DNA of 64,000 nucleotides, from NCBI GenBank assembly GCA_046290225.1, contig JBKAGE010000075.1:64001-128000 (forward strand), read 5' to 3'. Numbering within the stretch: position 1 is the stretch's first letter; each line of letters starts with the position of its first letter. The position numbers and the translations under genes were made by a program. The stretch is from Bradymonadia bacterium. GTDB lineage: Bacteria > Myxococcota_A > Bradymonadia > UBA7976 > UBA1532. The notes beneath the pieces are model-generated. The model worked only from the letters and a program-made list of their open reading frames with translations, did not search any database and had not been told where the DNA came from. This document shows positions 48,989-57,119 of the stretch, piece by piece.

Positions 48989-51138
48989 TGGCAGCAGTGG
49001 AAAGCACGGGCATTCGCCAACAACTCTCCGGCATGTGGTTTGCCGGCGGGGTGGTGGGATTGCTCTTGCTGATGGTGGTCGAGCTGCCCACCTTCCTGCT
49101 CGACGCACTGCTCGCCCTCAACCTCACCATCGCCCTCGTAGTGCTCGTGGTCGCCATCTACCTGAAGCGGCCCCTCGACTTCTCTGGCTTCCCCGCTGTG
49201 TTGTTGCTCACCACCTTGTTCAGGCTGTGTTTGAACGTGGCGTCGACCCGCTTGATTCTGCTCAAGGGCAAGGATCAGGGAGAGGCCGCAGGGCAGATCA
49301 TCCAGGCCTTCGGAGAAAAGGTTGTGGGTGGTAACTATGTGGTGGGCATCATCATCTTCATCGTGCTGATCATCATCAACTTCATGGTCATCACCAAAGG
49401 CTCTGGCCGCATCGCCGAGGTGGGGGCCCGCTTCACCCTCGACGCCATGCCCGGCAAGCAGATGGCCATCGACGCCGATCTCAACGCCGGCCTCATCACC
49501 GAAGACGAAGCCAAGCAGCGGCGCCGCGACGTGGAGCGCGAGGCGGACTTCTACGGGGCGATGGACGGTGCCTCGAAGTTCGTGCGCGGTGACACCATCG
49601 CCGGCATCTTGATCACCTTCATCAACATCATCGGCGGCTTCATCGTGGGCACTGCCCAGCTCGGCATGGACGCCGGCGACGCCGCCGAGACCTTCACCAT
49701 GCTCACCGTGGGTGACGGCCTCGTGAGCCAGATCCCCTCGCTGGTCATCTCCACCGCCGCGGGCATCATCGTCACCCGCGCCGCAGGCACCGCCGATCTG
49801 GGCTCGGAGCTCGGCAAGCAGCTCACGGGAAACGACAAGGTGCTCAAGCTGGTGGCGGGCATCTTGTTGCTCATGATCTTTGCGGGTGGCATGCCCTTCT
49901 TCACCTTCGGTGCCATCGCTGCGGGCCTCTTCTGGCTCGCGACCCGCATGAACAAGCCCACTGAAGAAGAGGCTGCTGGCTCTACTGGTGGCGGTGAAGG
50001 CGCTGCTGCCCTGGGTGGCACCACTGAAGAGGCGCCCCAGGTGAGCGACGAGGAGCGCATCGCTGGCATGCTGCCCATCGACCAGCTCGAGCTGCACGTG
50101 GGCTATGGCCTCATCGGCATCGTCGATCCCGCTCAGGGCGGCGACATGGTGGAGCGCATCCGGCGGATGCGGGAGCAGTTCGCCCTGGAGATGGGTGTGA
50201 TTCTGCCTCCGGTGCACATCCGCGACGACCTGCAGCTCGCCCCCGACGAGTACCGCCTGCTCATCAAGGGGGTCTCCGCCGCCGAGGGTGAGCTGATGCC
50301 CAGCAAGATGATGATGCTGGTGCCTGATCCTGCAGAGGCCCCTCAAATCGAAGGGGTGCCCACCATGGAGCCGGCCTTCGGCATGGCCGCTCGCTGGATC
50401 GATCCCCAAGATCAGGAAGAGGCCGAGGGCATGGGCTACACGGTGGTGGAAGGCACCACCGTCGTGGCCACCCACATCGGCGAGGTGCTGCGCAAGAACG
50501 CCCACGAGCTCGTGGGCCGCACCGAGGCACAGCGCCTGGTGGACATCCTCTCGGAGCGGCACCCCAAGCTGGTTGAGGCCCTGATCCCCAACAAGGTGGA
50601 CCTGGGCGATCTGGTGAAGGTCATCAAGAACCTGCTCATCGAGCAGGTGAGCGTGCGAGATCTGCGCACGATCCTCGAGGCCATGGCGGACTTCCCCAAC
50701 ATCAAGAGCCCCGAGGTCCTCGCAGAGTGTGTGCGCCAGCGCCTGAACAAGGTGCTCTCCGCCACGTTGCGGGGCCCCGACGGTGTGGTGCACGTGCTCC
50801 AGATGGACGGCGCCATGGAGGGCCACCTGCGGGGGGCCCTGAAGCAAATCGACAACGATCTGCACTTTGTGATCGACCCGGCGATTCATCAGGCGGTGGT
50901 GGAGCAGGCCGCCGAGGGCGCCGGGCACATGCAGGCCTGCGACTGGATGCCGGTGTTGATCACCGCCCCAGAGCTGCGGCGGGCCATGAGCAACCTGCTC
51001 ACCCCCTACATCGACGGGCTGAGGGTGATCTCCACTCGGGAGATCGCGCCGGGGGTCGAGGTGAACAGTGAAGGCATCATCGGTGGCGGCATCCCCCTGC
51101 CGCCCATGGCAGAGGGCATGCCCCAAGGGCTGAGGTAA
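48988..51138 (+). CDS. flhA: Flagellar export protein FlhA
   Basis: ARFTLDAMPGKQMAIDADL, FYGAMDGASKFVRGD, SVRDLRTILE. Confidence 0.97.
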   Translation: MAAVESTGIRQQLSGMWFAGGVVGLLLLMVVELPTFLLDALLALNLTIALVVLVVAIYLKRPLDFSGFPAVLLLTTLFRLCLNVASTRLILLKGKDQGEAAGQIIQAFGEKVVGGNYVVGIIIFIVLIIINFMVITKGSGRIAEVGARFTLDAMPGKQMAIDADLNAGLITEDEAKQRRRDVEREADFYGAMDGASKFVRGDTIAGILITFINIIGGFIVGTAQLGMDAGDAAETFTMLTVGDGLVSQIPSLVISTAAGIIVTRAAGTADLGSELGKQLTGNDKVLKLVAGILLLMIFAGGMPFFTFGAIAAGLFWLATRMNKPTEEEAAGSTGGGEGAAALGGTTEEAPQVSDEERIAGMLPIDQLELHVGYGLIGIVDPAQGGDMVERIRRMREQFALEMGVILPPVHIRDDLQLAPDEYRLLIKGVSAAEGELMPSKMMMLVPDPAEAPQIEGVPTMEPAFGMAARWIDPQDQEEAEGMGYTVVEGTTVVATHIGEVLRKNAHELVGRTEAQRLVDILSERHPKLVEALIPNKVDLGDLVKVIKNLLIEQVSVRDLRTILEAMADFPNIKSPEVLAECVRQRLNKVLSATLRGPDGVVHVLQMDGAMEGHLRGALKQIDNDLHFVIDPAIHQAVVEQAAEGAGHMQACDWMPVLITAPELRRAMSNLLTPYIDGLRVISTREIAPGVEVNSEGIIGGGIPLPPMAEGMPQGLR

Positions 51139-51142
51139 CGAG

Positions 51143-52528
51143 ATGGAGTCGACCCACAACTTCCGTGGCCGCACCATGAGCGAGGCGGTGGCCCGCCTCA
51201 AGGCGTCTCTGGGCCCCGAGGCCGTGATCATCCAGACCCGACGCGGTCGAGACACGGATGGCACCTTCGTGGAGATCACCGCGAGAGGCCCCCAGGAGCC
51301 GGCGATGGCCGGCCCGGGCTCCGGCGCTGCGGCCTATCGGCGCATGGAGAAGGTCACCGCCCCCGCGGCGACCCCTCGTCGCCAGCCTGGCCGGGAGGCG
51401 GCCCGCACGTCGGACCAGAGCATCGGCCTGGCCAAGGCCCGGGAGATGGCCGCCCGCATCGCCCCCGAGGTGAGCGCCCGCAACCCCGAGCTCGCTCGAC
51501 GCCTCGAGGCCCTCAAGGGGGGCGCGCCCACCGGCGTGCCCGGCCCGCTCAGCCGAGCTGCAGGCATCACTGAAGCCGCAGCGGCGCCTCAGCCCACAGC
51601 CCAGCACGCACCCTCTCGTAATGTCGCCGCCGTGAGCAGCGGAGAGACCGATCGCCTCAAGGCCCTGGTCGATGTCTTCGCCAGCAAAGTAGAGGCCTTC
51701 GAGGCCCGCCTGGCGGAGCAGGAGGGGGGTACGGTGAAGCGTCTGGCCCACATGCTCAACGAGGTGGGCATCAGCCGGGCCCACGCCGAGGCCCTCGCCC
51801 GGCGAGCCAGCGAGCGTTGCCCGGGCTGCACGCCCGAAGACGGCGCACTGCTCGCAGCCCTTGGCCGCGAGATGGCCGACAGCATGCCCGTGAGCGGCGA
51901 TCTGCTGCCGGCACCGGGTGCCCGCCGCGTGCTGGCCTTCGTGGGCCCCACGGGGGTGGGCAAGACCACCACCATCGCCAAGATCGCCGCTCGGGCGGCT
52001 TTGATGGAGGGCCGCACCGTGGCCCTCATCACCGTGGACACGTTCCGCATGGCCGCTGTGGAGCAGCTCGCCAGCTACGCACGGATTCTCGAGTGCCCAC
52101 TGCGCATTGCCCGCGACGCCGGAGAGCTGAAGGCCGCCCTCGAGGCATTCTCTGATCGCGATCTGGTCCTCGTGGACACCACGGGGCGCAGCCCCAGGGA
52201 TACCGAGCACGTGAGCGCCCTCGGCGGCTTCTTCCCCGAAGGGTGGGGGGGCTCGCTGGTGCTCACGGTGTCGAGCAGTACGCGAGAGCGCGACATGTTC
52301 GCCGCCGTCGACGCCTATGGCCAGCTGGGGGTGGAGACTCTGTGCGTCACCAAGCTCGACGAGACCGACGCCCCCGGCGCGGTCTACAGCGCCGTGCGCC
52401 GCGCCGGCCGCCCTCTGGCGTGGGTCACCACCGGCCAGCGCGTGCCCGAAGATCTCGAGCAGGCCGAGGCGGCTCCGCTCTCTGCCCGCATCGTCGCGCG
52501 GGCGTCCACGTTGAGGCAGGCAGCATGA
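51143..52528 (+). CDS. flhF: SRP-type GTPase FlhF
   Basis: GPTGVGKTTT, DTFR, DTTGR, TKLDE, GQRVPEDL. Confidence 0.93.
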   Translation: MESTHNFRGRTMSEAVARLKASLGPEAVIIQTRRGRDTDGTFVEITARGPQEPAMAGPGSGAAAYRRMEKVTAPAATPRRQPGREAARTSDQSIGLAKAREMAARIAPEVSARNPELARRLEALKGGAPTGVPGPLSRAAGITEAAAAPQPTAQHAPSRNVAAVSSGETDRLKALVDVFASKVEAFEARLAEQEGGTVKRLAHMLNEVGISRAHAEALARRASERCPGCTPEDGALLAALGREMADSMPVSGDLLPAPGARRVLAFVGPTGVGKTTTIAKIAARAALMEGRTVALITVDTFRMAAVEQLASYARILECPLRIARDAGELKAALEAFSDRDLVLVDTTGRSPRDTEHVSALGGFFPEGWGGSLVLTVSSSTRERDMFAAVDAYGQLGVETLCVTKLDETDAPGAVYSAVRRAGRPLAWVTTGQRVPEDLEQAEAAPLSARIVARASTLRQAA

Positions 52529-52598
52529 AGGCGTTACCAGGACTTCGTCATACGGCTTCGTCTGTACGTTCAGTTCACGTTGACTGCCAGAGGGACCG

Positions 52599-53516
52599 AT
52601 GAACAACCATAAGGCAAACGTGATCCCCTTATGGGGCCACACAACAGATCAGGCATCGACGCTCCGACGGCTCGCCGGCGGGGCCTCGGCGCCTGTGGGA
52701 GACAGACGCAGGATGCGCATTCTCTCGGTCACCAGCGGAAAGGGTGGGGTGGGCAAGACCAGCCTCACCTGCAACCTCGCGACCCGTCTCGGTCAGATGG
52801 GCCAGAAGGTGCTCGTCGTCGACGCCGACATGGGCCTCGCCAACGTCGACATCGTCATGGGCATCAAGCCCAAGGCCACCTTGGAGCAGCTCTTCAGCGA
52901 TGAAGAGCGGCGCCTCGAAGACATCCTCGTTGACGGGCCGCCGAACGTCACGGTGCTGCCTGCAGGCTCCGGCGTGCGAGATCTCGTACATCTGAGCGAA
53001 GGGCAGGTGCTGAAGTTCCTCGAGGCCTTCGACACCCTCGAGGAGACCTTCGACTTCACCCTCATCGACACCGGGGCGGGCATCGGCAGCAACGTGCTGT
53101 ACTTCAACGCCGCAGCTCAGGACGTCCTCGTGGTGGCCACCCCGGAGCCCACCTCGATGACCGACGCCTACGCCACGATGAAGGTGCTCCACCAGACCCA
53201 CGGCCTGAAGCGTTTCACCTTGTTGGTGAACGCCGTGGAAGATCGCAAGGAGGCCCTCGACGTCTACCGCCGCCTCACCGGTGTGGCCGACAAGTACCTC
53301 GACATCTCCATCGACTATCTGGGCCACGTGCTCCGCGACAACCGCGTGGGCCGGGCCATCATGGAGCGAGGTCTCTTCATCGATCGCTACCCCGACAGCG
53401 AGTCCGCCCGGTGCATCGCCGAGATCGCCGAGCGTCTGATGGAAGACACCGAGGCCCGGCCGCCCACGGGGAACCTGCAGTTCTTCTGGCGACGCCTCTT
53501 GTCTGCGGGAGCGTGA
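52599..53516 (+). CDS. flhG: MinD-like ATPase FlhG/FleN
   Basis: DQASTLR; SGKGGVGKT; DADMGLANVD; PEPTSMTDAYA. Confidence 0.93.
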   Translation: MNNHKANVIPLWGHTTDQASTLRRLAGGASAPVGDRRRMRILSVTSGKGGVGKTSLTCNLATRLGQMGQKVLVVDADMGLANVDIVMGIKPKATLEQLFSDEERRLEDILVDGPPNVTVLPAGSGVRDLVHLSEGQVLKFLEAFDTLEETFDFTLIDTGAGIGSNVLYFNAAAQDVLVVATPEPTSMTDAYATMKVLHQTHGLKRFTLLVNAVEDRKEALDVYRRLTGVADKYLDISIDYLGHVLRDNRVGRAIMERGLFIDRYPDSESARCIAEIAERLMEDTEARPPTGNLQFFWRRLLSAGA

Positions 53517-53523
53517 GTCAGCC

Positions 53524-54285
53524 GTGAACCCTGCCCTGCGCCGATACGGCTCCAAGGCCTACCAGAAAGGTCGCCAGGAGAGCCGCCGGGATGCCCTGCT
53601 GAGGGCCCACGCGCCCTTGGTCCGCAAGGTGGCGTGGCGCATGATCCACCGCGTGCCCAGCTCGGTGGACATCGACGATCTGATCTCGGTGGGTACTCTG
53701 GGCCTCCTGCAGGCCATCGATCACTTCGACGAGTCGAAGGGCACCCGCTTCGAGTCCTTTGCGGAGTTCCGCATCAAGGGGGCGATGCTCGACGAGCTGC
53801 GATCTTGTGATCACATGTCTCGTACGGCCCGCGGTCGCATCAACCAGATCGAGAAGGCCCGAGCAAAGCTCGAGGCAGACCTGGGGCGCGCGCCAAAGGT
53901 GACGGAGATCGCCGAGGTGGTGGAGCTGCCCGCGGACGAGGTGGCCCGCCTGCTGGCAGAAGACGAGAACACCACCTTCATGACGCTCGACGACATGACG
54001 CCGGTGGCTGCAGAGCAGACCGAGTCGCTCTCGGAGCTGGCGGCCCAGGGTGGCAGCCACGGAGATCCCTTCGGCACCCACCTGGCGCGGGAGCTCAAGG
54101 CGGCCCTGGCTGCGGAGATCGGCAAGCTGCCGGATCGTCTGCAGCTGGTCCTGTCGCTGTACTACGAGCAGAGCCTCAATCAGAAAGAGATCGCCGCAGT
54201 GCTCGACCTGACGGAGTCGCGCATCAGCCAGCTGCACAGCGAGGCGGTGAAGATTCTCCGGCGTCGGATGCAGCGCCTCGTTTGA
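53524..54285 (+). CDS. fliA: Flagellar sigma factor sigma28
   Basis: DDLISVG, RIKGAMLDELR, LSLYY...TESRISQLH. Confidence 0.95.
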   Translation: MNPALRRYGSKAYQKGRQESRRDALLRAHAPLVRKVAWRMIHRVPSSVDIDDLISVGTLGLLQAIDHFDESKGTRFESFAEFRIKGAMLDELRSCDHMSRTARGRINQIEKARAKLEADLGRAPKVTEIAEVVELPADEVARLLAEDENTTFMTLDDMTPVAAEQTESLSELAAQGGSHGDPFGTHLARELKAALAAEIGKLPDRLQLVLSLYYEQSLNQKEIAAVLDLTESRISQLHSEAVKILRRRMQRLV

Positions 54286-54297
54286 CCTTCAGAGTGT

Positions 54298-54811
54298 GTC
54301 TGTTGTGGCTGGGCCTTGGTAGGCAGTCATCGCTTCGCTCCGCCTGCGTAGGCGCCGGGCCTTCGGCAGTCCTTCGGACCGCCTCGTCTGGCGCGTACAC
54401 GTTCAGGCATCCGCTTGCGCGGACACCCTTCCGGGTAGGCAGGGTCGCTCAATGCTGACGCATTGATTGCTCGCTCCCCTGCGTAAAAAGTCAGTTTTGG
54501 TGTGGCTCTGCACTGATTCCGGTGCTGCTGGGGCTTTCGCCGAGCCTTGGGGCTCAGAGGCTTGCAGGTTCGCGGTAGGTCGAATCCCGGCGGGGTTCAG
54601 CAACGAGATACAGAAGAAGCTCTTTACGCAGGGGAGCGAGCGAACAGGGCGAAGCCTTGAGCGACCCTGCCTACCCGGAGACCTGCTCGCGCCAGCGAGT
54701 ACGTCGACGTGTACGCGCCAGACGAGGCGGTCCGAAGGACTGCCGAAGGCCCGGCGCCTACGCAGGCGGAGCGCAGCGACGACTGCCTACCAAGGCCCAG
54801 CCACAACAGAC
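54298..54811. mobile_element. Long palindromic REP/REPIN-like element, copy 2 (core inverted relative to copy 1)
   Basis: Arms collinear with 39217-39759; core 54488-54622 is the reverse-complement homolog of 39423-39557; lies between convergent fliA and fliJ. Confidence 0.7.
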
Positions 54812-54832
54812 GCTACAGATGATTTTCGATGT

Positions 54833-55258
54833 TCAGCCAGATTTCCCGAACCGCAGTGTGGCCATCTCGTCGAGCATGGACTGCTCCGCCTTCTGGCGCT
54901 CGAACAGCCACTCCGCCTTCTGTTTCGCTTCGAGGCTGTTGAGCGACTCGAGCGATTGCTGCGCCTGCTGCAGCTGCTTTCGAGCCACGTGCATGGCTTC
55001 CTCTGCAGCCGTCAGCTCCTTCTGGTGCTCGGCGAGCAGCTCGGTGAGGTGAGCGCGGTAGCGGTTGTGGTTGATTTGCCCCTGGGGGTCGAGCGGTCGA
55101 CGGGCGTCGAGCATGCTCAGATGGGCAGTGAGGTCCTGATGCCGGCTCAGCGCGCTTTGATACTGCGCTGTCGCTTGCTGCATCGCACGCTGTTGCTCGT
55201 CTACGTCGAGCTGGCGCAGCGTCTGGACCGGGGCGAGTGGGAAGTGAAAACGAGCCAT
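54833..55258 (-). CDS. fliJ: Flagellar export protein FliJ
   Basis: MARFHFPLAPV start; 141-aa coiled coil; EQSMLDEMA C-terminus. Confidence 0.8.
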   Translation of the reverse strand: MARFHFPLAPVQTLRQLDVDEQQRAMQQATAQYQSALSRHQDLTAHLSMLDARRPLDPQGQINHNRYRAHLTELLAEHQKELTAAEEAMHVARKQLQQAQQSLESLNSLEAKQKAEWLFERQKAEQSMLDEMATLRFGKSG

Positions 55259-55265
55259 ACCTCGA

Positions 55266-55293
55266 TCATCGGCACTTGAGCTGAGCGGCTTGA
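55266..55293 (-). promoter_or_regulatory. Possible sigma28 promoter of fliJ
   Basis: TCAA-N16-GCCGATGA ending 7 nt before the ATG. Confidence 0.35.
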
Positions 55294-55343
55294 TGACCGA
55301 TTTGAGTCAAAAGTGGTGCAGACCTTCGCCCGCCCGTGCGGCC

Positions 55344-55372
55344 TTGACACCGAGGACCATCGAGTCCATCAT
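55344..55372 (+). promoter_or_regulatory. Sigma70 promoter of rpoZ
   Basis: TTGACA-N17-CATCAT. Confidence 0.55.
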
Positions 55373-55451
55373 TTCGCCCCTGTATCTTTGATGCAGTGGG
55401 GGTGTGTACCCCGCATCAAAAAATGACCATCAGGTTCAAAAGGAGCCCTCT

Positions 55452-55766
55452 GTGGCACGCGTCACCGTAGAAGATTGCCTGGACCACTGCTTCGATCAGT
55501 TCGCTCTGGTGCATCTGGCTTCCAGCCGCTACCGCCACCTGAGCAAGGGGGCGCCCTCCCTCGTGCCTCAGGGCAAGAACAAGCTCATCGTCACCTCGCT
55601 GCGCGAGATCGCTTCGGGCAAGGTGAAGTTCCGCGACGACATCGAGGCCGCTCTGCTCAAGGCCCGCCAGGAAGAGTCCATGCGGCGTCAGCAGGCCCTC
55701 GAGGCCGCCCGCGCCGCCGACGAGGCCGGCAACGATGCTGATCCCAAGGCCCTCATGGCCTTCTGA
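55452..55766 (+). CDS. rpoZ: RNA polymerase omega subunit
   Basis: AGGAG RBS, GTG start; ARVTVEDCL...F.LV..AS.R...L; SLREIASG. Confidence 0.92.
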   Translation: MARVTVEDCLDHCFDQFALVHLASSRYRHLSKGAPSLVPQGKNKLIVTSLREIASGKVKFRDDIEAALLKARQEESMRRQQALEAARAADEAGNDADPKALMAF

Positions 55767-55870
55767 TAAGGGATCGCAAAGGGAGGCCCCCTCGAGAGAG
55801 GGCGGTCACCCGCCCACTCACACTTCAACCCAATGTGTTGAGGTCATCCCCGATGCGTCGGGGAGAGGAT

Positions 55871-56290
55871 TCAGCCCTCGCCGTCGGCGGGGGCTTCGTC
55901 TTTTTTGGCGGGTGTCTTCTTGCGGCGACCGCGGGTGGGCTTCTTCTCTTCCGCAGGTGCGGCGTCCTCAGCTGCTTCTTCCGCGGGGGCCTCTTCCGCA
56001 GGGGCCTCTTCCGCAGGGGCTTCGTCCTTCTTGGCAGCAGGCTTTGCGGTGGCCTTTGCTGTGGCTTTACCACCACCTGCGGCTGCGGCCTTGAGAGCCT
56101 CCACCAGCGTGGAGACGCGGCTGCCGTTGGCTTCGATGTAAGCGGCGATGGCCTCGACGCCCTTGCCGTCGAAGGGCCCCTCGGCGCTCAGGCCCGATTT
56201 GCTCGCGGCGGTCTTGAGGACCACACGGGCAGCCAGATAGTCGTACCGCTGCTCCAGGATTCGCGTGACCGCGTCTGCGGTGAGGCTCAC
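55871..56290 (-). CDS. Hypothetical protein with an Ala/Lys/Glu low-complexity tail
   Basis: GGAGG RBS, GTG start; about 70-aa helical domain, then KATAKATAK, (APAEE)n and RGRRKK. Confidence 0.75.
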   Translation of the reverse strand: MSLTADAVTRILEQRYDYLAARVVLKTAASKSGLSAEGPFDGKGVEAIAAYIEANGSRVSTLVEALKAAAAGGGKATAKATAKPAAKKDEAPAEEAPAEEAPAEEAAEDAAPAEEKKPTRGRRKKTPAKKDEAPADGEG

Positions 56291-56378
56291 ATCGCCCTCC
56301 TTCTCAATCGTGGAATGTCAGAAACTCGACCCGTTGGCGGCCATCCTGGCACAGGGGCAAGGGGTGGGCAAGAAGCCG

Positions 56379-57119
56379 TCACAACCCCACGCCGCCGTCG
56401 ACGCCGATGACCTGCCCGGTGAGGTATCCGGCGTCGGGGCCCACCAGAAAGCTCACCAGTCCGGCGATCTCTCCAGGCTGCCCGAAGCGGCGCATCGGCA
56501 CGGCTTTCTTGAGGTCTTTGCCCGCCTTGTCGCGGACGAAGGCGCTCATCTCGGTCTCGATGATGCCCGGGGCCACGGCGTTCACGGTGATGCCCTTGGG
56601 CGCAAGCTCTACAGCGAGGGCGCGGGTGAAGGCCTCTACGGCGCCCTTGCTCGCAGCGTAGTTCGCCTGGCCGCGGTTGGGGCGTCTCGCCGAGACGCTG
56701 CTCAGGTGCACGATGCGGCCGTGGCGGTTGAGCAACATGGGTCGGGCTGCGGCCCGGGCCATTTCGAAGGCAGAGGTGACGTTCACCGCCATCACCCGAG
56801 ACCAGGCCTCGTCACCCATCTGCAAGACCAGAGTGTCGTCGGTGATGCCCGCGTTGTGCACCACGGCGTCGATGCCGCCCAGTTGATCCAGACAGGCCTC
56901 CACCACCGCAGTACCTGCACCGGCCTCAGCGAGATCGCATTGATGCAGAATCACCTCGGCCCCGGCTGCTTCGCAGGTGGCCTTGACTGCCTCGGCCTCT
57001 TCGACGCGGCTGCGGTAGGTGAGCAGCAGCTTGGCTTCGTAGTCGGTGGCGAGGCGCTCGGCGATGGCTCTGCCGATGCCTCGGCTGGCGCCGGTGATCA
57101 CTGCTGTGATGGCCGTCAT
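56379..57119 (-). CDS. fabG: 3-oxoacyl-ACP reductase
   Basis: TGASRGIG, NAGITDD, YAASK, NAVAPG; ATGA overlap with the upstream gene. Confidence 0.9.
   Translation of the reverse strand: MTAITAVITGASRGIGRAIAERLATDYEAKLLLTYRSRVEEAEAVKATCEAAGAEVILHQCDLAEAGAGTAVVEACLDQLGGIDAVVHNAGITDDTLVLQMGDEAWSRVMAVNVTSAFEMARAAARPMLLNRHGRIVHLSSVSARRPNRGQANYAASKGAVEAFTRALAVELAPKGITVNAVAPGIIETEMSAFVRDKAGKDLKKAVPMRRFGQPGEIAGLVSFLVGPDAGYLTGQVIGVDGGVGL

Noticed and set aside
28575..54285. Non-flagellar type III secretion system
   Set aside because: Rod, hook, hook-cap, FliE, FlhF/G and FliA genes identify a flagellar system; no secretin or needle genes are seen.
54565..54600. tRNA-like ggttcg...gtcgaatccc in the invertible core
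   Set aside because: I could not build a cloverleaf, anticodon arm or acceptor stem.
54467..55279. ORFs across the palindromic elements (54467-55279, 54657-55052, 39592-39864, 39262-39543)
   Set aside because: Reading frames are not conserved between the two copies and no transposase motifs are present.
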